The notes: generated by a model not told the origin, from the letters alone. DNA of 64,000 bases from an uncultured Acidimicrobiales bacterium (GCA_963697385.1 CAVONU010000006.1:213659-277658), one strand, 5' to 3'; shown: positions 1 through 10,267, numbered from the stretch's first letter. Numbers and translations: made by a program.

Positions 1-1
1 C

Positions 2-712
2 GAGGCCGTCCGCAACGCCTGCATCGAGGGCGGCACCTCATGTTTCACGACCGGCATCGATCCCGGCTTCGCCAACGACCTGTTCCCCCTGACGGTCATG
101 GGGGTCTGCGGTCGGGTCGACTCGGTCCGGATCCAGGAGATCCTCAACTACGACAGCTACACGGGGAGCTACGAACCCATGGGGTTCGGCAAGCCGCTCG
201 ACCACCGGGCGCTGCTGGAGACCACCGACATCCTGGTCTACGCCTGGGGGCGGACGATCCCGATGATCGCCGACGCGATGGGGATCGAACTCGACGGGAT
301 CGACAGCACCTACGACAAGTGGGAGGCCCCGGCGGACATTCCGACGGCGCAGGGAGCCGTTCCGGCCGGCACCTGCGGTGCGGTGCGGTTCGAGATCCGC
401 GGCATGGTGGCCGGCGAACCCCGGATCGTCATCGAGCACGTCAACCGGATGGGTATCGACGCGGCGCCCGACTGGCCCCGGGGCTCGATGGAGGACGACG
501 ACGTGTACCGCATCGAGATCGCGGGCAGTCCCAACGTGACGCAGGAGACCGCCTTCCGACGCGAGAGCGACGGTGATCCCAACGGAGGCGGCTGTCTCGC
601 CACCGGCATGCGGGCGCTCAACTGCGTCCCCGCGGTGATGGCGGCACCACCAGGGCTGGTCAGTCCCCTGGATCTCCCGATCCAGCCCGGCGTCGGCGTC
701 CTCCGCGCCTAA
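2..712 (+). CDS. Dihydrodipicolinate-reductase-like / NAD(P)-dependent amine dehydrogenase family protein, C-terminal part (5' end outside window)
   Basis: Frame open from the window edge (EAVRNACIEGGTSCFTTGIDPGFANDL...) and continuous with track ORF 98..712. High GC3. Family call from memory of the GI(D/N)PGF motif. Confidence 0.55.
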   Translation, partial: EAVRNACIEGGTSCFTTGIDPGFANDLFPLTVMGVCGRVDSVRIQEILNYDSYTGSYEPMGFGKPLDHRALLETTDILVYAWGRTIPMIADAMGIELDGIDSTYDKWEAPADIPTAQGAVPAGTCGAVRFEIRGMVAGEPRIVIEHVNRMGIDAAPDWPRGSMEDDDVYRIEIAGSPNVTQETAFRRESDGDPNGGGCLATGMRALNCVPAVMAAPPGLVSPLDLPIQPGVGVLRA

Positions 713-747
713 CGAGCAGGATGGGGGTCAGGCCCCCGGTGTGCTCG

Positions 748-2853
748 TCAAGCGTCGATGGCCACGACATGGATCAACCGGGCCGACTCGGGGAGCATGA
801 TCGGGAGAGGGAGACCGGCGGTGGCCAGCATCTGCCCCGTCAGCTCGATCCCATCGCCAACCCAGGACGGATGGTCGTACGCCATCCCCAGCGGCCCCCG
901 CCCCAGGGTGATCAGTTCGACCCGATACCGGGTCTCCGGATCCAGCCCCGGCAGCTGAAGCGGCGCGACGGCGAGGGCGTCGGCGCTCGTCACCTGCACC
1001 ACTGCGAAAAACGCTTCGGCTCGATCGGACGCGATCACGCCGTTGGCCGACACCGCGGGATCGGGGTGATGCACCGCCACGGCCCGGCCGTGGTGCAGCA
1101 GCCCTCGATGCTCCTTGTGCAGCGCGATCGTCCGCGCCAGGTCCTCGAGCTCCTCCGGCGACGCCTCCAGCAGGTTCCACTCCACGCCGAGATGCCCGAA
1201 GAACGCCACCGTGGCCCGCAGGTCGAGGCGATGGGTGCGACCGGTGGTGTGTGCCCGCGGGCCGCCGATGTGAGCGCCGGTCAGCTCGGGGGGCAGGAGC
1301 AGCCCTGCGCCGTACTGGATGCCCACCCGGTCCAGCGCGTCGTTGCAGTCGCTGGTCCACACCCGATCGGTGCGCGCCAGGATGCCGAAGTCCGCTCGGC
1401 CACCACCGGACGCGCACGTTTCGATCTCGACCGTCGGATGGACCGTCCTCAGCCGGTCGATCAGCGAGTAGACCGCCACGGTCTGGCGGTGCACACCGGC
1501 CCGACCCTCGTCACTGGCGTGCACCAGGTCCCGGTTCATGTCCCACTTCACGTAGTCGACGTCGTGGTCGGCCAGCAGCCGGTCGAGATGGGTGAACAGG
1601 TGCTCGCTCACCTCGGGCCGGGCCAGGTTCAGCACCAGTTGGCGGCGGCTCAGCACCGGGTCGTACCGGTCGTCGGCGAGCACCCAGTCGGGGTGCGACC
1701 GGTAGAGGTCGGAGTCGGGGTTGACCATCTCGGGTTCGACCCAGATGCCGAACTCCATGCCATGGTCCTTCACGTGGCCGATCAGCGGCTGCAGCCCGTC
1801 GGGCCATACGTCTCGGTCCACCCACCAGTCGCCCAGCCCGGCCGAGTCGTTGCGCCGACCGTGGAACCAGCCGTCATCGAGGACGAACCGTTCCACCCCG
1901 ATCTCAGCCGCCCGGTCGGCCAACGCCGTGAGCGTGTCGAGATCATGATCGAAGTAGACCGCTTCCCAGGTGTTGAGCAGCACCGGCCGCGGCGTCGAGG
2001 GATGGGACGTGCGCGCTCTGAGCATCTCGTGGAACGACCGCCGTATCCCGTTGAGCCCGGCGCTCGAGCAGGCCGCGTACGACGTCGGTGTCCGGTAGGT
2101 GTCACCAGGCGCCAACTCGACCTCACCCGGGAGCAACAGCTCGCCCGCCTGAACGTACCGCCGCCCGTCGGACAGCACGTCCAGGCGCATCGTCGTGTCG
2201 CCGCTCCATCCCAGGTGGGTCGCCCACACCTGTCCCGACTCCTCTCCGAACCCCGCGCTGCCGGCCGCGACGAACGGGAACCGATCGTGCGAGGTCCGCC
2301 CGCGCCGGTTCTCGACCATCAGCGTGCCGTGGTCCCACCCATGCCGGTCGGCCCGGAACTCCCTGGCCCAGCGTCCCCCCAGGGTCATCGCCTCGGTCGC
2401 AGCACCGGACAGCGGCAGCGAGATCGCCAGCCCGTGCAGCGCATAGGGCTCTGCGCCGCGGTTGGTCACCTGGGCGCTGACGGCGAGCACGCCGCTCGAC
2501 GGGCCGATCTCGAGCGACAGCGACGCCTCGAGCTCGGCCACCTCGTCCACCAACTCGATCGACAGCACGTTGCCCTTCACCCGATGCGCGTGCGCCCGGA
2601 GGCGAGGCGCCCAGTCCGAGCCGTCTGGTCGGGCACCGGCCAGACCCGCCGGACCGGGAAAACCCAGCGACGCCTCGGCCAGGAGCGACACCGGAGCAAG
2701 CCGGTCGAGATCGCCGACGGGAAGGGCCCGCTCGAACAACTCCGGCGGTGGATCGTCGCCCAGCTCGGGCCCCCAGTACCGAACCGCGGGCGGACCGCTG
2801 AGGTCGACCACCACACTCGTGCCGCCGCCGGTCAGATGCACGTGCTGGCTCAT
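748..2853 (-). CDS. Alpha-galactosidase, glycoside hydrolase family 36
   Basis: 701-aa ORF with GH36-type motifs DDGWF and KWDMNRDL. Size and overall layout are typical of this family. Confidence 0.9.
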   Translation of the reverse strand: MSQHVHLTGGGTSVVVDLSGPPAVRYWGPELGDDPPPELFERALPVGDLDRLAPVSLLAEASLGFPGPAGLAGARPDGSDWAPRLRAHAHRVKGNVLSIELVDEVAELEASLSLEIGPSSGVLAVSAQVTNRGAEPYALHGLAISLPLSGAATEAMTLGGRWAREFRADRHGWDHGTLMVENRRGRTSHDRFPFVAAGSAGFGEESGQVWATHLGWSGDTTMRLDVLSDGRRYVQAGELLLPGEVELAPGDTYRTPTSYAACSSAGLNGIRRSFHEMLRARTSHPSTPRPVLLNTWEAVYFDHDLDTLTALADRAAEIGVERFVLDDGWFHGRRNDSAGLGDWWVDRDVWPDGLQPLIGHVKDHGMEFGIWVEPEMVNPDSDLYRSHPDWVLADDRYDPVLSRRQLVLNLARPEVSEHLFTHLDRLLADHDVDYVKWDMNRDLVHASDEGRAGVHRQTVAVYSLIDRLRTVHPTVEIETCASGGGRADFGILARTDRVWTSDCNDALDRVGIQYGAGLLLPPELTGAHIGGPRAHTTGRTHRLDLRATVAFFGHLGVEWNLLEASPEELEDLARTIALHKEHRGLLHHGRAVAVHHPDPAVSANGVIASDRAEAFFAVVQVTSADALAVAPLQLPGLDPETRYRVELITLGRGPLGMAYDHPSWVGDGIELTGQMLATAGLPLPIMLPESARLIHVVAIDA

Positions 2854-2923
2854 CGGCGCAGTCTCTCATCCGGACCCGAGGCGCGCGCAGGTGCGGGCGA
2901 CCCGCTGCTTTCCCCGCCGGTGA

Positions 2924-4117
2924 TCACGCCCAGGGCACGCCGCCCACCGGATCGCGCACCAGCCGCCGGGCAACGACCATTCGGTGCACCTCGTCCGGTC
3001 CGTCGTAGAGCCGCGCGAACCGCGCTTCGCGATACATGAATTCCAACGGGGTGTCCGCAGTGACCCCCAGGGCGCCGTGCACCTGGATCGCCCGGTCCAC
3101 GACGTTGTGCAGCATGCGAGCCCCCCAGAACTTGATCAGACTCACCTCGGTGCGGGCATCTCCCCCCGCGTCGAGGGCGCGCGCCGCGTCCAGGGTCATC
3201 AGGCGTGCGGCCTGGATCTCGGCCGCCGATTCGGCGATCATCGCCTGGATCTCGCCCTTCTCGGACAGGTAGGAGCCGTGAGCCCACCGAGACGTGGCGC
3301 GACCACACATCAGTTCGAAGGCCCGCTGAGCCTGACCCAACCAGCGCATGCAGTGGAAGATTCGCCCTGGACCGAGCCGAGCCTGGGCGATGGAGAATCC
3401 TTTCCCGCGCTCGCCCAGCAGGTTCGTCGCGGGAACCCGCACCTCGGTGAGCCGTACCTCGCAGTGCCCGCCACCGGTGTGCCCCATCGTCGGGACGACG
3501 CGCACGATCTCGTAGCCCGGCGTCTCGGTCGGCACCAGGATGGCGCTGAAGCGGGCATGCCGATCGGCGTCGGGTTCGGTGATCGCGAACACGGTCGTGA
3601 ACGCGGCCCGGTTCGCGCCGGTGGTGAACCACTTGTGACCGTCGATCACCCACTCGTCGCCGTCCAACGACGCGGTCGCCTCCATCAGGGTCGGATCCGA
3701 TCCCGCCACCTCCGGTTCCGTCATGGCCACCGACGGGGAGATGTCACCGGCCACGAGTGGCTCGAGGAACGCCCGGCGCTGAGCGTCGCTTGCGAACCGA
3801 TGCAGCATGATCGAGTCCTGCATCGAGAGGGAGCCGACCGCGACCTGACCCCAGTGCGACCGCCCGATCACCTCGTTCAGGTACACGAAGTCCATGAAGG
3901 GCAACCCGCCGCCCCCCAGTTCGACCGGGTGCCCCAGGGCCCACAACCCCTCGTCCTTCGCCTCCTGCTTGAGCTGCGCCATCACCTCGACCGCATCACC
4001 GTCGTCGCCGTCGTCGCCCGACAACGACGGCTCAGCCGGCATGACCCGGTCATCGATGAACGTGCGCATCCGGGCGCGCAGATCCTGGAGACGGGAGGAG
4101 AGCTCGGAATCGACCAT
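2924..4117 (-). CDS. Acyl-CoA dehydrogenase family protein
   Basis: 397-aa ORF with typical ACAD N-terminal, middle and C-terminal organisation (..TEPEVAGSDPT.., ..YDGPDEVH..). Confidence 0.9.
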   Translation of the reverse strand: MVDSELSSRLQDLRARMRTFIDDRVMPAEPSLSGDDGDDGDAVEVMAQLKQEAKDEGLWALGHPVELGGGGLPFMDFVYLNEVIGRSHWGQVAVGSLSMQDSIMLHRFASDAQRRAFLEPLVAGDISPSVAMTEPEVAGSDPTLMEATASLDGDEWVIDGHKWFTTGANRAAFTTVFAITEPDADRHARFSAILVPTETPGYEIVRVVPTMGHTGGGHCEVRLTEVRVPATNLLGERGKGFSIAQARLGPGRIFHCMRWLGQAQRAFELMCGRATSRWAHGSYLSEKGEIQAMIAESAAEIQAARLMTLDAARALDAGGDARTEVSLIKFWGARMLHNVVDRAIQVHGALGVTADTPLEFMYREARFARLYDGPDEVHRMVVARRLVRDPVGGVPWA

Positions 4118-4297
4118 GAGCCGAGGCTAGTGAGGCGGCTTCCGGCACGATCGGGAACACCGGCCACCCGCTGTGGCGTTCGGCGCCGCGGAGATCGCCC
4201 CGACCTGACGCCGGACCCGCGCGCGACCGTCGCCCCATCATCCGATCCGCGTCCTCGGTCGACCATCCACACCGGGTTCCCGTACCGTAGGACTGAC

Positions 4298-5266
4298 GTG
4301 CGTCATCGCCCTCTCGTCCGCCGCTTGATCTCGATCCCCACCGTGACGGTGCTGGCCGTCCTGACCTGGGTGCTCCTGCCCGCGGCGGTGGTCGCCGACC
4401 TGCTCACCGCTCCACGCCGGATGCCGGCCACCCGCTTGACCTTCATGGCGTGGGGATACGCGATCTACGAGGTCATCGGCGTGGTGCGTTCGTTCGGGCT
4501 CTGGTTGCGGTTCGGTGGTCGGACCGCCACGCCGCGCGCCCGTCAGCGTCACCACCGGCTGCAACGCTGGTGGGCGGCCCGCATCGTCGGTGTGGCGGAA
4601 CGAACCGTGGGCCTCCGGTTCACCGGGCCCGTCCCCGACCTTCCCGACGGTCCCCTCGTCGTGCTCGCCCGCCACAGCTCGATGGGTGACGCCATCCTCC
4701 CGGCGTATCTCATCGGCGTGCAGGCCGACCGACCGATCCGGTACGTCCTCAAGCGGGAGCTCCTGGCCGATCCGTGTCTGGACATCGTCGGAAACCGGCT
4801 CCCCAATCACTTCATCGATCGAACCGACACCGACGACCACCAGCTGGCCGCCCTCCGCGACCTCGCCGCCGGCGCCGGCGACGATGCGCTGGTGATCTTC
4901 CCGGAAGGCACCTTCGCCCTTCCCGAGAAGCGGGCTCGCGCCATCCACCACCTCGAACGCCACGATCCCGGACGGGCGGTGCGGGCCAAAGCGCTGCGCC
5001 ACACCCTCCTCCCCCGGCCGGCGGGCACGCTGGCCCTGCTCGAGGCCGCTCCCGACGCCGACGTCCTCGTCCTGGCCCACACCGGGCTCGAGGGTGCCGC
5101 CTATGCACGCGGCCTGTGGCGGTCCGTCCCGCTCCGCTCCCCGGTCGTCGTGCGGCCGGAGCTCCACAGGCGACACACCCTCCCCCAGGGGCGAGACGAT
5201 CTGATCGAGTGGCTCGACCGGACCTGGGCCGACGTCGACGACTGGATCGACGAGCAGCAGCCATGA
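4298..5266 (+). CDS. Lysophospholipid (1-acylglycerol-3-phosphate-type) acyltransferase, PlsC family, N-terminal TM segment
   Basis: C-terminal part of over-long track ORF 2984..5266. GTG 4298 has AGGA 5 nt upstream. HX4D motif (HSSMGD) and FPEGT motif are present. Confidence 0.75.
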   Translation: MRHRPLVRRLISIPTVTVLAVLTWVLLPAAVVADLLTAPRRMPATRLTFMAWGYAIYEVIGVVRSFGLWLRFGGRTATPRARQRHHRLQRWWAARIVGVAERTVGLRFTGPVPDLPDGPLVVLARHSSMGDAILPAYLIGVQADRPIRYVLKRELLADPCLDIVGNRLPNHFIDRTDTDDHQLAALRDLAAGAGDDALVIFPEGTFALPEKRARAIHHLERHDPGRAVRAKALRHTLLPRPAGTLALLEAAPDADVLVLAHTGLEGAAYARGLWRSVPLRSPVVVRPELHRRHTLPQGRDDLIEWLDRTWADVDDWIDEQQP

Positions 5267-6081
5267 CCGAGGTTCTGCTCACCGCCGCCGTCGTCGTCGC
5301 CGTCTTCCAGCTGACCTCGTGGCTGCTCAGCCTCCCTCTGCGCAACGCGAGCATCGTCGACATCGGCTGGGGCCTCGGCTTCGTCGCCGTCGCCTGGGCC
5401 TCGCGGTTCGTGGCCGACGGCGTCGATGCTCGACAGAACCTCCTCGTCCTCCTCACCACCATCTGGGGCGTGCGACTGGCCGCATATCTCGCCTGGCGCA
5501 ACGGCATCCGCGACGAGGACTTCCGCTACGTCGCCATGCGCAAGCGACGTTCCAACTTCGCCCTCTCCAGTCTGTGGGTCGTCTTCGGCCTGCAGGGAGT
5601 CGTCATGTGGATCGTCTCCCTGCCGGTCCAAGCCGGCCAGGTACCCGATACACCCGGCCTGGGCCTGATCGACGGGCTGGGCGTGGCGCTCTGGATCGTG
5701 GGATTCGGGTTCGAGTCGATCGGGGACCTCCAGCTGGCGCGGTTCAAGGCCGATCCGTCCAACCAGGGTCGGGTCATGGATCGCGGCCTCTGGCGCTACA
5801 CCCGCCACCCCAACTACTTCGGCGATTTCTGCGTCTGGTGGGGTCTCGGACTGATCGCCGCCGCCACCGGTACCGCCGCCTGGTCGTTGGTCGGACCGGC
5901 GTTGATCTCCTTCATGCTCCTGCGGGTCTCGGGGGTGACCATGCTGGAACGCAGCCTGAAGAAGCGTCGTCCCGGGTACGAGGACTACGTACGCCGCACC
6001 AGTGCCTTCTTCCCCCGGCCCCCTCGCCCGGCGGAGGACGCACGCCGGTCGCCCGACCCCAGCTCAACCGACGGTCGCTGA
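5263..6081 (+). CDS. DUF1295 / steroid-5-alpha-reductase-like membrane protein
   Basis: ATG 5263 overlaps the upstream stop (ATGA). Multi-TM protein with WRYTRHPNYFGDF near the C-terminus, typical of DUF1295 and isoprenylcysteine-methyltransferase-like proteins. Confidence 0.8.
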   Translation: MTEVLLTAAVVVAVFQLTSWLLSLPLRNASIVDIGWGLGFVAVAWASRFVADGVDARQNLLVLLTTIWGVRLAAYLAWRNGIRDEDFRYVAMRKRRSNFALSSLWVVFGLQGVVMWIVSLPVQAGQVPDTPGLGLIDGLGVALWIVGFGFESIGDLQLARFKADPSNQGRVMDRGLWRYTRHPNYFGDFCVWWGLGLIAAATGTAAWSLVGPALISFMLLRVSGVTMLERSLKKRRPGYEDYVRRTSAFFPRPPRPAEDARRSPDPSSTDGR

Positions 6082-6088
6082 GGGCCGG

Positions 6089-6901
6089 ATGGCCTCGGCG
6101 ACCCGCTGGTGGCAGGATGCACCGGTGACCGACGCCACCGTCCCGACCGCCTCTCCCGACCTGGTCGACGACGTCGCCGACCTGGTGAGAGCCGCCGGCG
6201 CCATCACGCTCGAGTGGTTCCGACACGAGGGGCTGACCGTCGATCGCAAGGGAGACGGCACCCCGGTCACCGCCGCCGACCGCGCCGCCGAACGATTCCT
6301 GCGCGAAGAGATCGAGAACCGCTGGCCCGACGACAGCATCATCGGCGAGGAAGAAGGTGACCGGCGCGGCACCTCCGATCGCACCTGGGTGATCGACCCG
6401 ATCGACGGCACCAAGGCCTTCACCCACGGAGTCCCCCTCTACACCAACCTGCTCGCCCTCGAGGATTCACACGGGCCCCTGGTCGGCGTCATCAACGTCC
6501 CGGCCCTCGGCGAGACCGTGGCGGCCGGGCGGGGCGCCGGCTGCACGTTGAACGGCCAGCCCTGTCACGTCTCCGACACGTCGGAGCTCAGCGGTGCGTA
6601 CATCACCACGAGCGGGTTCGACGTGTGGCCGGCCGAAGGGCTGATGTCGATCTACGAGAGTGAGATGCATCTTCGCACCTGGGGCGATGGCTACGGCTAC
6701 GTCCTGGTCGCCACCGGACGGGTCGAAGCCATGTTCGATCCCATCGCCAACCACTGGGACCTCGCTCCGATGCCGGTCATCATCAGCGAAGCCGGCGGCC
6801 GTTTCAGCGACCTGAAGGGCCGCCCGTCCGCCATCGGTGGGAGCGGGCTGGCCACCAATGGGCGGCTGCATGACGACGTCCTCGATCTGCTGCACCCGTG
6901 A
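6089..6901 (+). CDS. Inositol monophosphatase family protein (possibly histidinol-phosphatase type)
   Basis: Motifs EE.G... and WVIDPIDGTKAF are present. Start set at ATG 6089, after the upstream stop at 6079-6081. GTG 6125 is an alternative start. Confidence 0.8.
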   Translation: MASATRWWQDAPVTDATVPTASPDLVDDVADLVRAAGAITLEWFRHEGLTVDRKGDGTPVTAADRAAERFLREEIENRWPDDSIIGEEEGDRRGTSDRTWVIDPIDGTKAFTHGVPLYTNLLALEDSHGPLVGVINVPALGETVAAGRGAGCTLNGQPCHVSDTSELSGAYITTSGFDVWPAEGLMSIYESEMHLRTWGDGYGYVLVATGRVEAMFDPIANHWDLAPMPVIISEAGGRFSDLKGRPSAIGGSGLATNGRLHDDVLDLLHP

Positions 6902-7797
6902 TTCGTCGGGTACTCATCGTCGTGCTCGGCGTGGCCCTGGCGGCCACCGGCTGCGGAACCGATGAGGAACCGGTTCAGCCCGATGCCGAAGGGGATCGTC
7001 CCTTCATCATCGCCACCACCTCGCTGCTGGGTGACATCGTCGAGAACGTGGTCGGTGACTTCGCCGATGTCGAGGTGATCATCCCCGTCGGCGAGGACCC
7101 CACCACCTACCAGCTCACCAGTCGCCAGCGGGCTCGACTCCGCGAGGCGGCGCTGATCGTGTCGATCGGCGGTGAATTCGAGGCCGCAGCCGAGGAGGAC
7201 CTGGATCGGGCGACAGCGGCCGGCGCGGAACGGTTCGAACTGGCCGCCGCCACCGAGGATCCGCTCCCGGGCCGTGACGACGGCACGATCGATCCGTACG
7301 TGTGGACCGATCCGGAGCGAACGGCCGACATCGTGTTGTCGCTGGGCAATCGACTCGGCGAGGCCAGCGCGGTGCTCGCGACCGCCGAGGTCACCGATGC
7401 GGCCGCCGCCTACGCCCGAACGCTCCGTGAGACGTCCCAGGAGATGGACGGGACGCTCGCCGAGATCGGGACGAGAGCCGTGGCGACCGGACGGCGCTCG
7501 CTCGCCTACTTCGCCGAGCGGTTCGACATCGAGATCGTCGGCGTCATCGATGCGGAAGGTCCGCCCCGATTCACCACCCAGACGGTCCGAGCCATGGACG
7601 ACGGCGGGACCCAGGTCGTCCTCGCGTCCACGTTCGAGGCCGACGCCGTGGCCACCGCACTGGCCGGCCAGTCCGAGCAGATCCTCGAGGTCCAGGCGCT
7701 GCACCTCGACGATCTCGGCGAACCCACGTCGGCCGAGGGCACCTACGTCGGTCTCCTCGATGAGCTGGCTCGACAGGTGCGCTCCGAGCTGGCGTGA
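6898..7797 (+). CDS. ZnuA/TroA/PsaA-like (cluster A-I) substrate-binding lipoprotein with degenerate metal site
   Basis: GTG start overlaps the upstream stop (GTGA). Lipobox LAATGC. Collinear with PsaA/ZnuA from memory, but the ligand positions read T, Y and R instead of H, H and E. No ABC permease or ATPase is adjacent. Confidence 0.7.
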   Translation: MIRRVLIVVLGVALAATGCGTDEEPVQPDAEGDRPFIIATTSLLGDIVENVVGDFADVEVIIPVGEDPTTYQLTSRQRARLREAALIVSIGGEFEAAAEEDLDRATAAGAERFELAAATEDPLPGRDDGTIDPYVWTDPERTADIVLSLGNRLGEASAVLATAEVTDAAAAYARTLRETSQEMDGTLAEIGTRAVATGRRSLAYFAERFDIEIVGVIDAEGPPRFTTQTVRAMDDGGTQVVLASTFEADAVATALAGQSEQILEVQALHLDDLGEPTSAEGTYVGLLDELARQVRSELA

Positions 7798-9404
7798 CCG
7801 TGCGCCGACCCCGGACGCGGGCCCGACTCCTGTTGCTGGGCGTGGTGATGCTCTGGTTCCTCGCCGTCGCCACCCCCGCCGATGCCCACGCCATCCTGGT
7901 CGCCACATCACCCGGCGACGCCACCCGGATCGACGACGCGCCCGACCAGGTCGACTTCGAGTTCTCCGAACCGGTCGAGCTCGAGCTCGGCGGTCTCGCG
8001 GTGTTCGACAGCAGCGGCACCCGGGTCGACGACGCCGCCCCGGTCACCGACGGGACGACCGTCTCGATCGACCTCGCCGACGACCTCGCCGACGACACCT
8101 ACATCGCCACGTATCGGGTGGTCTCCGAAGACGGACACCCGATCAACGGCGCCATCGTCTTCACGGTCGGCGAGGCGGCCGCGACGGCGACCTTCGACAT
8201 CGATCGGGTCCTCGGCGACGATGACCAGGAGTGGGAGGCGCTCGCCGCCCTCGCCCGCTTCGTCACCTACAGCGTGGCGCTGGTCATCGGTGGCATGGCC
8301 ATGTACCGGCTGGTCGATCCCGCCGCGGTCGACTCGACCGGCACCGGTTCGGGTACGCGAGCCGCCAGTGCCATCGGCGCCATCACCGCACTCCTGGCCA
8401 TCCCGCTCCAGGCCATCATCGCCTCGGGACGGGGCGCCGAGGCCGCATGGGATCTCGAGCTCCTCGGCCGGGTGGTCGAAGACGACGTCGGGATCGCCGC
8501 GCTGGTGACGGCCGCCGGCCTGGCGGCCCTCGCGTGGCGGCCCGGAGCTTCGTGGTCGTGGGTGGCCGGTGCCGTCGCCGTCCTGGGCTTCGCCGTCACC
8601 GGGCATCCACGTGCCTCGTCACCGATCCTGGTGACCACCGTCGCCAACGTCATCCACCTCATCGCCGTCGCGCTCTGGATCGGCGGTCTCATCGTGGTCT
8701 TCCTGTCCTTCAGGAATCGGCCGCCCGACGCGGTCGCTCGCATCGTGGAGCGGTTCTCGTGGGCGGCCTTCTTCACGTTCGCTGGTGCAGCCGTCGTGGG
8801 AATGGTGATGGCGTGGGCCGAGGTACGAGCGCTCAGCGCCCTCACCTCGACCACCTACGGGTGGCTCCTGATCGCCAAGGTCGTCGCCGTCGGCGCCGTG
8901 GGCGCGATCGCGCTGTACAACCGCCGGCGGTTGGTCCCCCGGATCGACGAATCGGGATCGCGCGCCGCGCTGGCCCGGACCACGACGATCGAGATCATCG
9001 GCTTCCTGATCATCATCGGCCTCACCACGATGCTGGTCACCACGACGCCGGCTCGCGCCGAGGCGGGCGTGGGCGGGCTCTTCGTCGAACGGCTCGCACT
9101 GAACGAGGACCTCCGGGTCGAAATGGTCGTCGATCCGAACCGGGCCGGAGATCTCAACGAGGTCCACCTCTACTTCACCGATCCGACCGGCCGGCCGGCC
9201 GAGCTCACCGACGTCGAGGTCGCCATGGCCTTGCCGGCCAAGGACATCCAGCCGGTGCGCCGAACCCCGTTCCGAGCCGGACCCGGGCACATGTTGATGT
9301 CCGGGCGGGAGCTGACGATCCCCGGCGACTGGGAGATCACGATCACCACCCAGCTCGACGAGTTCACCCAGGCAGCCGCTACGTTCGATGTTCCCGTCTC
9401 GTGA
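7794..9404 (+). CDS. Copper resistance/uptake protein, CopC-CopD fusion (YcnJ-like) with C-terminal YtkA/FixH-like domain
   Basis: GTGA overlap with the upstream gene. Predicted signal peptide cleavage ADA|HAILV leaves an N-terminal His. CopC motif VVSEDGHPINGAIVF, followed by a multi-TM CopD region. Confidence 0.85.
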   Translation: MTVRRPRTRARLLLLGVVMLWFLAVATPADAHAILVATSPGDATRIDDAPDQVDFEFSEPVELELGGLAVFDSSGTRVDDAAPVTDGTTVSIDLADDLADDTYIATYRVVSEDGHPINGAIVFTVGEAAATATFDIDRVLGDDDQEWEALAALARFVTYSVALVIGGMAMYRLVDPAAVDSTGTGSGTRAASAIGAITALLAIPLQAIIASGRGAEAAWDLELLGRVVEDDVGIAALVTAAGLAALAWRPGASWSWVAGAVAVLGFAVTGHPRASSPILVTTVANVIHLIAVALWIGGLIVVFLSFRNRPPDAVARIVERFSWAAFFTFAGAAVVGMVMAWAEVRALSALTSTTYGWLLIAKVVAVGAVGAIALYNRRRLVPRIDESGSRAALARTTTIEIIGFLIIIGLTTMLVTTTPARAEAGVGGLFVERLALNEDLRVEMVVDPNRAGDLNEVHLYFTDPTGRPAELTDVEVAMALPAKDIQPVRRTPFRAGPGHMLMSGRELTIPGDWEITITTQLDEFTQAAATFDVPVS

Positions 9405-9412
9405 GGCCTCCG

Positions 9413-10171
9413 ATGCGATCCACTCCCCTGGGCTCCCACCTCACCATCGGCGGTGCCGTTCTCGTCGTCCTCCTTCTCGCGTTCGGTCCGGCCGCTCCCG
9501 CCAGCTCCCACGTCGAGCCCACGACCCCGACCGGGGAGGCGGGCCGACGGGCGGATGTCGGATTCGTGCCGACCCACGGCTGCGGTACCGCCCCGACCGT
9601 GGGGATCGACATCCAGTTGCCCGAGGGCGTGCTCGACCCCCTGCCCGCCGAGCTCGACGGTTGGACCGCATCGGTCGACGACCGTGTCGTGACCTGGGAC
9701 GGTGGCCCCCTCCCCGACGGGGACGAGGCCACGTTCTCCGTCGACGTCCTGCTGCCCGACACGTCGGGCACCACGCTGTACTTCCCCACCATCCAACGCT
9801 GCCCCGACGGCGAATCGCTGGCGTGGATCCAGCAACCCGACGACGGGACCGATCAGTCCTTCCCCGCCCCGGCGTTGACCATCGTCGAGTCGACCGGTCC
9901 GCCGGGCACCACCAGTCCCCCGCCCAGCACCACCAGCGCGCCGAAGACAGCGGCAGACCAGGGCGTGCCGCCGACCACCGTGCCGCCGACCACCGCACCA
10001 CCGGTCACCGGCGTGGCCTCGACAGGCACCACGGTGCCGGAGGCGACGCTGGTCGAGAGCGAGTCTGACTCGGGCGGCGACTCGCTACTGCCCACCCTGC
10101 TGGCGCTGGGCGGTGTGATCGTCGTCGCAGCCGTCGCAATCGTCCTCTTCCGCCGTCGCTCGGGTCGCTGA
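9413..10171 (+). CDS. ycnI: YcnI family (DUF1775) copper-binding protein with Pro/Thr-rich linker and C-terminal TM anchor
   Basis: C-terminal part of track ORF 8231..10171. ATG 9413 has GAGG 6 nt upstream. Signal peptide ...ASS|HVEP leaves an N-terminal His. Confidence 0.8.
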   Translation: MRSTPLGSHLTIGGAVLVVLLLAFGPAAPASSHVEPTTPTGEAGRRADVGFVPTHGCGTAPTVGIDIQLPEGVLDPLPAELDGWTASVDDRVVTWDGGPLPDGDEATFSVDVLLPDTSGTTLYFPTIQRCPDGESLAWIQQPDDGTDQSFPAPALTIVESTGPPGTTSPPPSTTSAPKTAADQGVPPTTVPPTTAPPVTGVASTGTTVPEATLVESESDSGGDSLLPTLLALGGVIVVAAVAIVLFRRRSGR

Positions 10172-10267
10172 TCACCCGACGACGGGACGTTGGTCCCTAC
10201 CACCTCCGGTCCTGACGTGGTTGTCTGCAGATGTGGCCTCCACGAGCGGCGGGGTGACGTCGGGTAG

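Noticed and set aside
721-3039. 772-aa plus-strand ORF, and similar long shadow ORFs (38326..40344, 39854..41749, 36234..38366, 15184..15864 and others)
   Set aside because: They are antisense or out of frame relative to well-supported genes. Their composition is dominated by R/P/G/A. No motifs are present.
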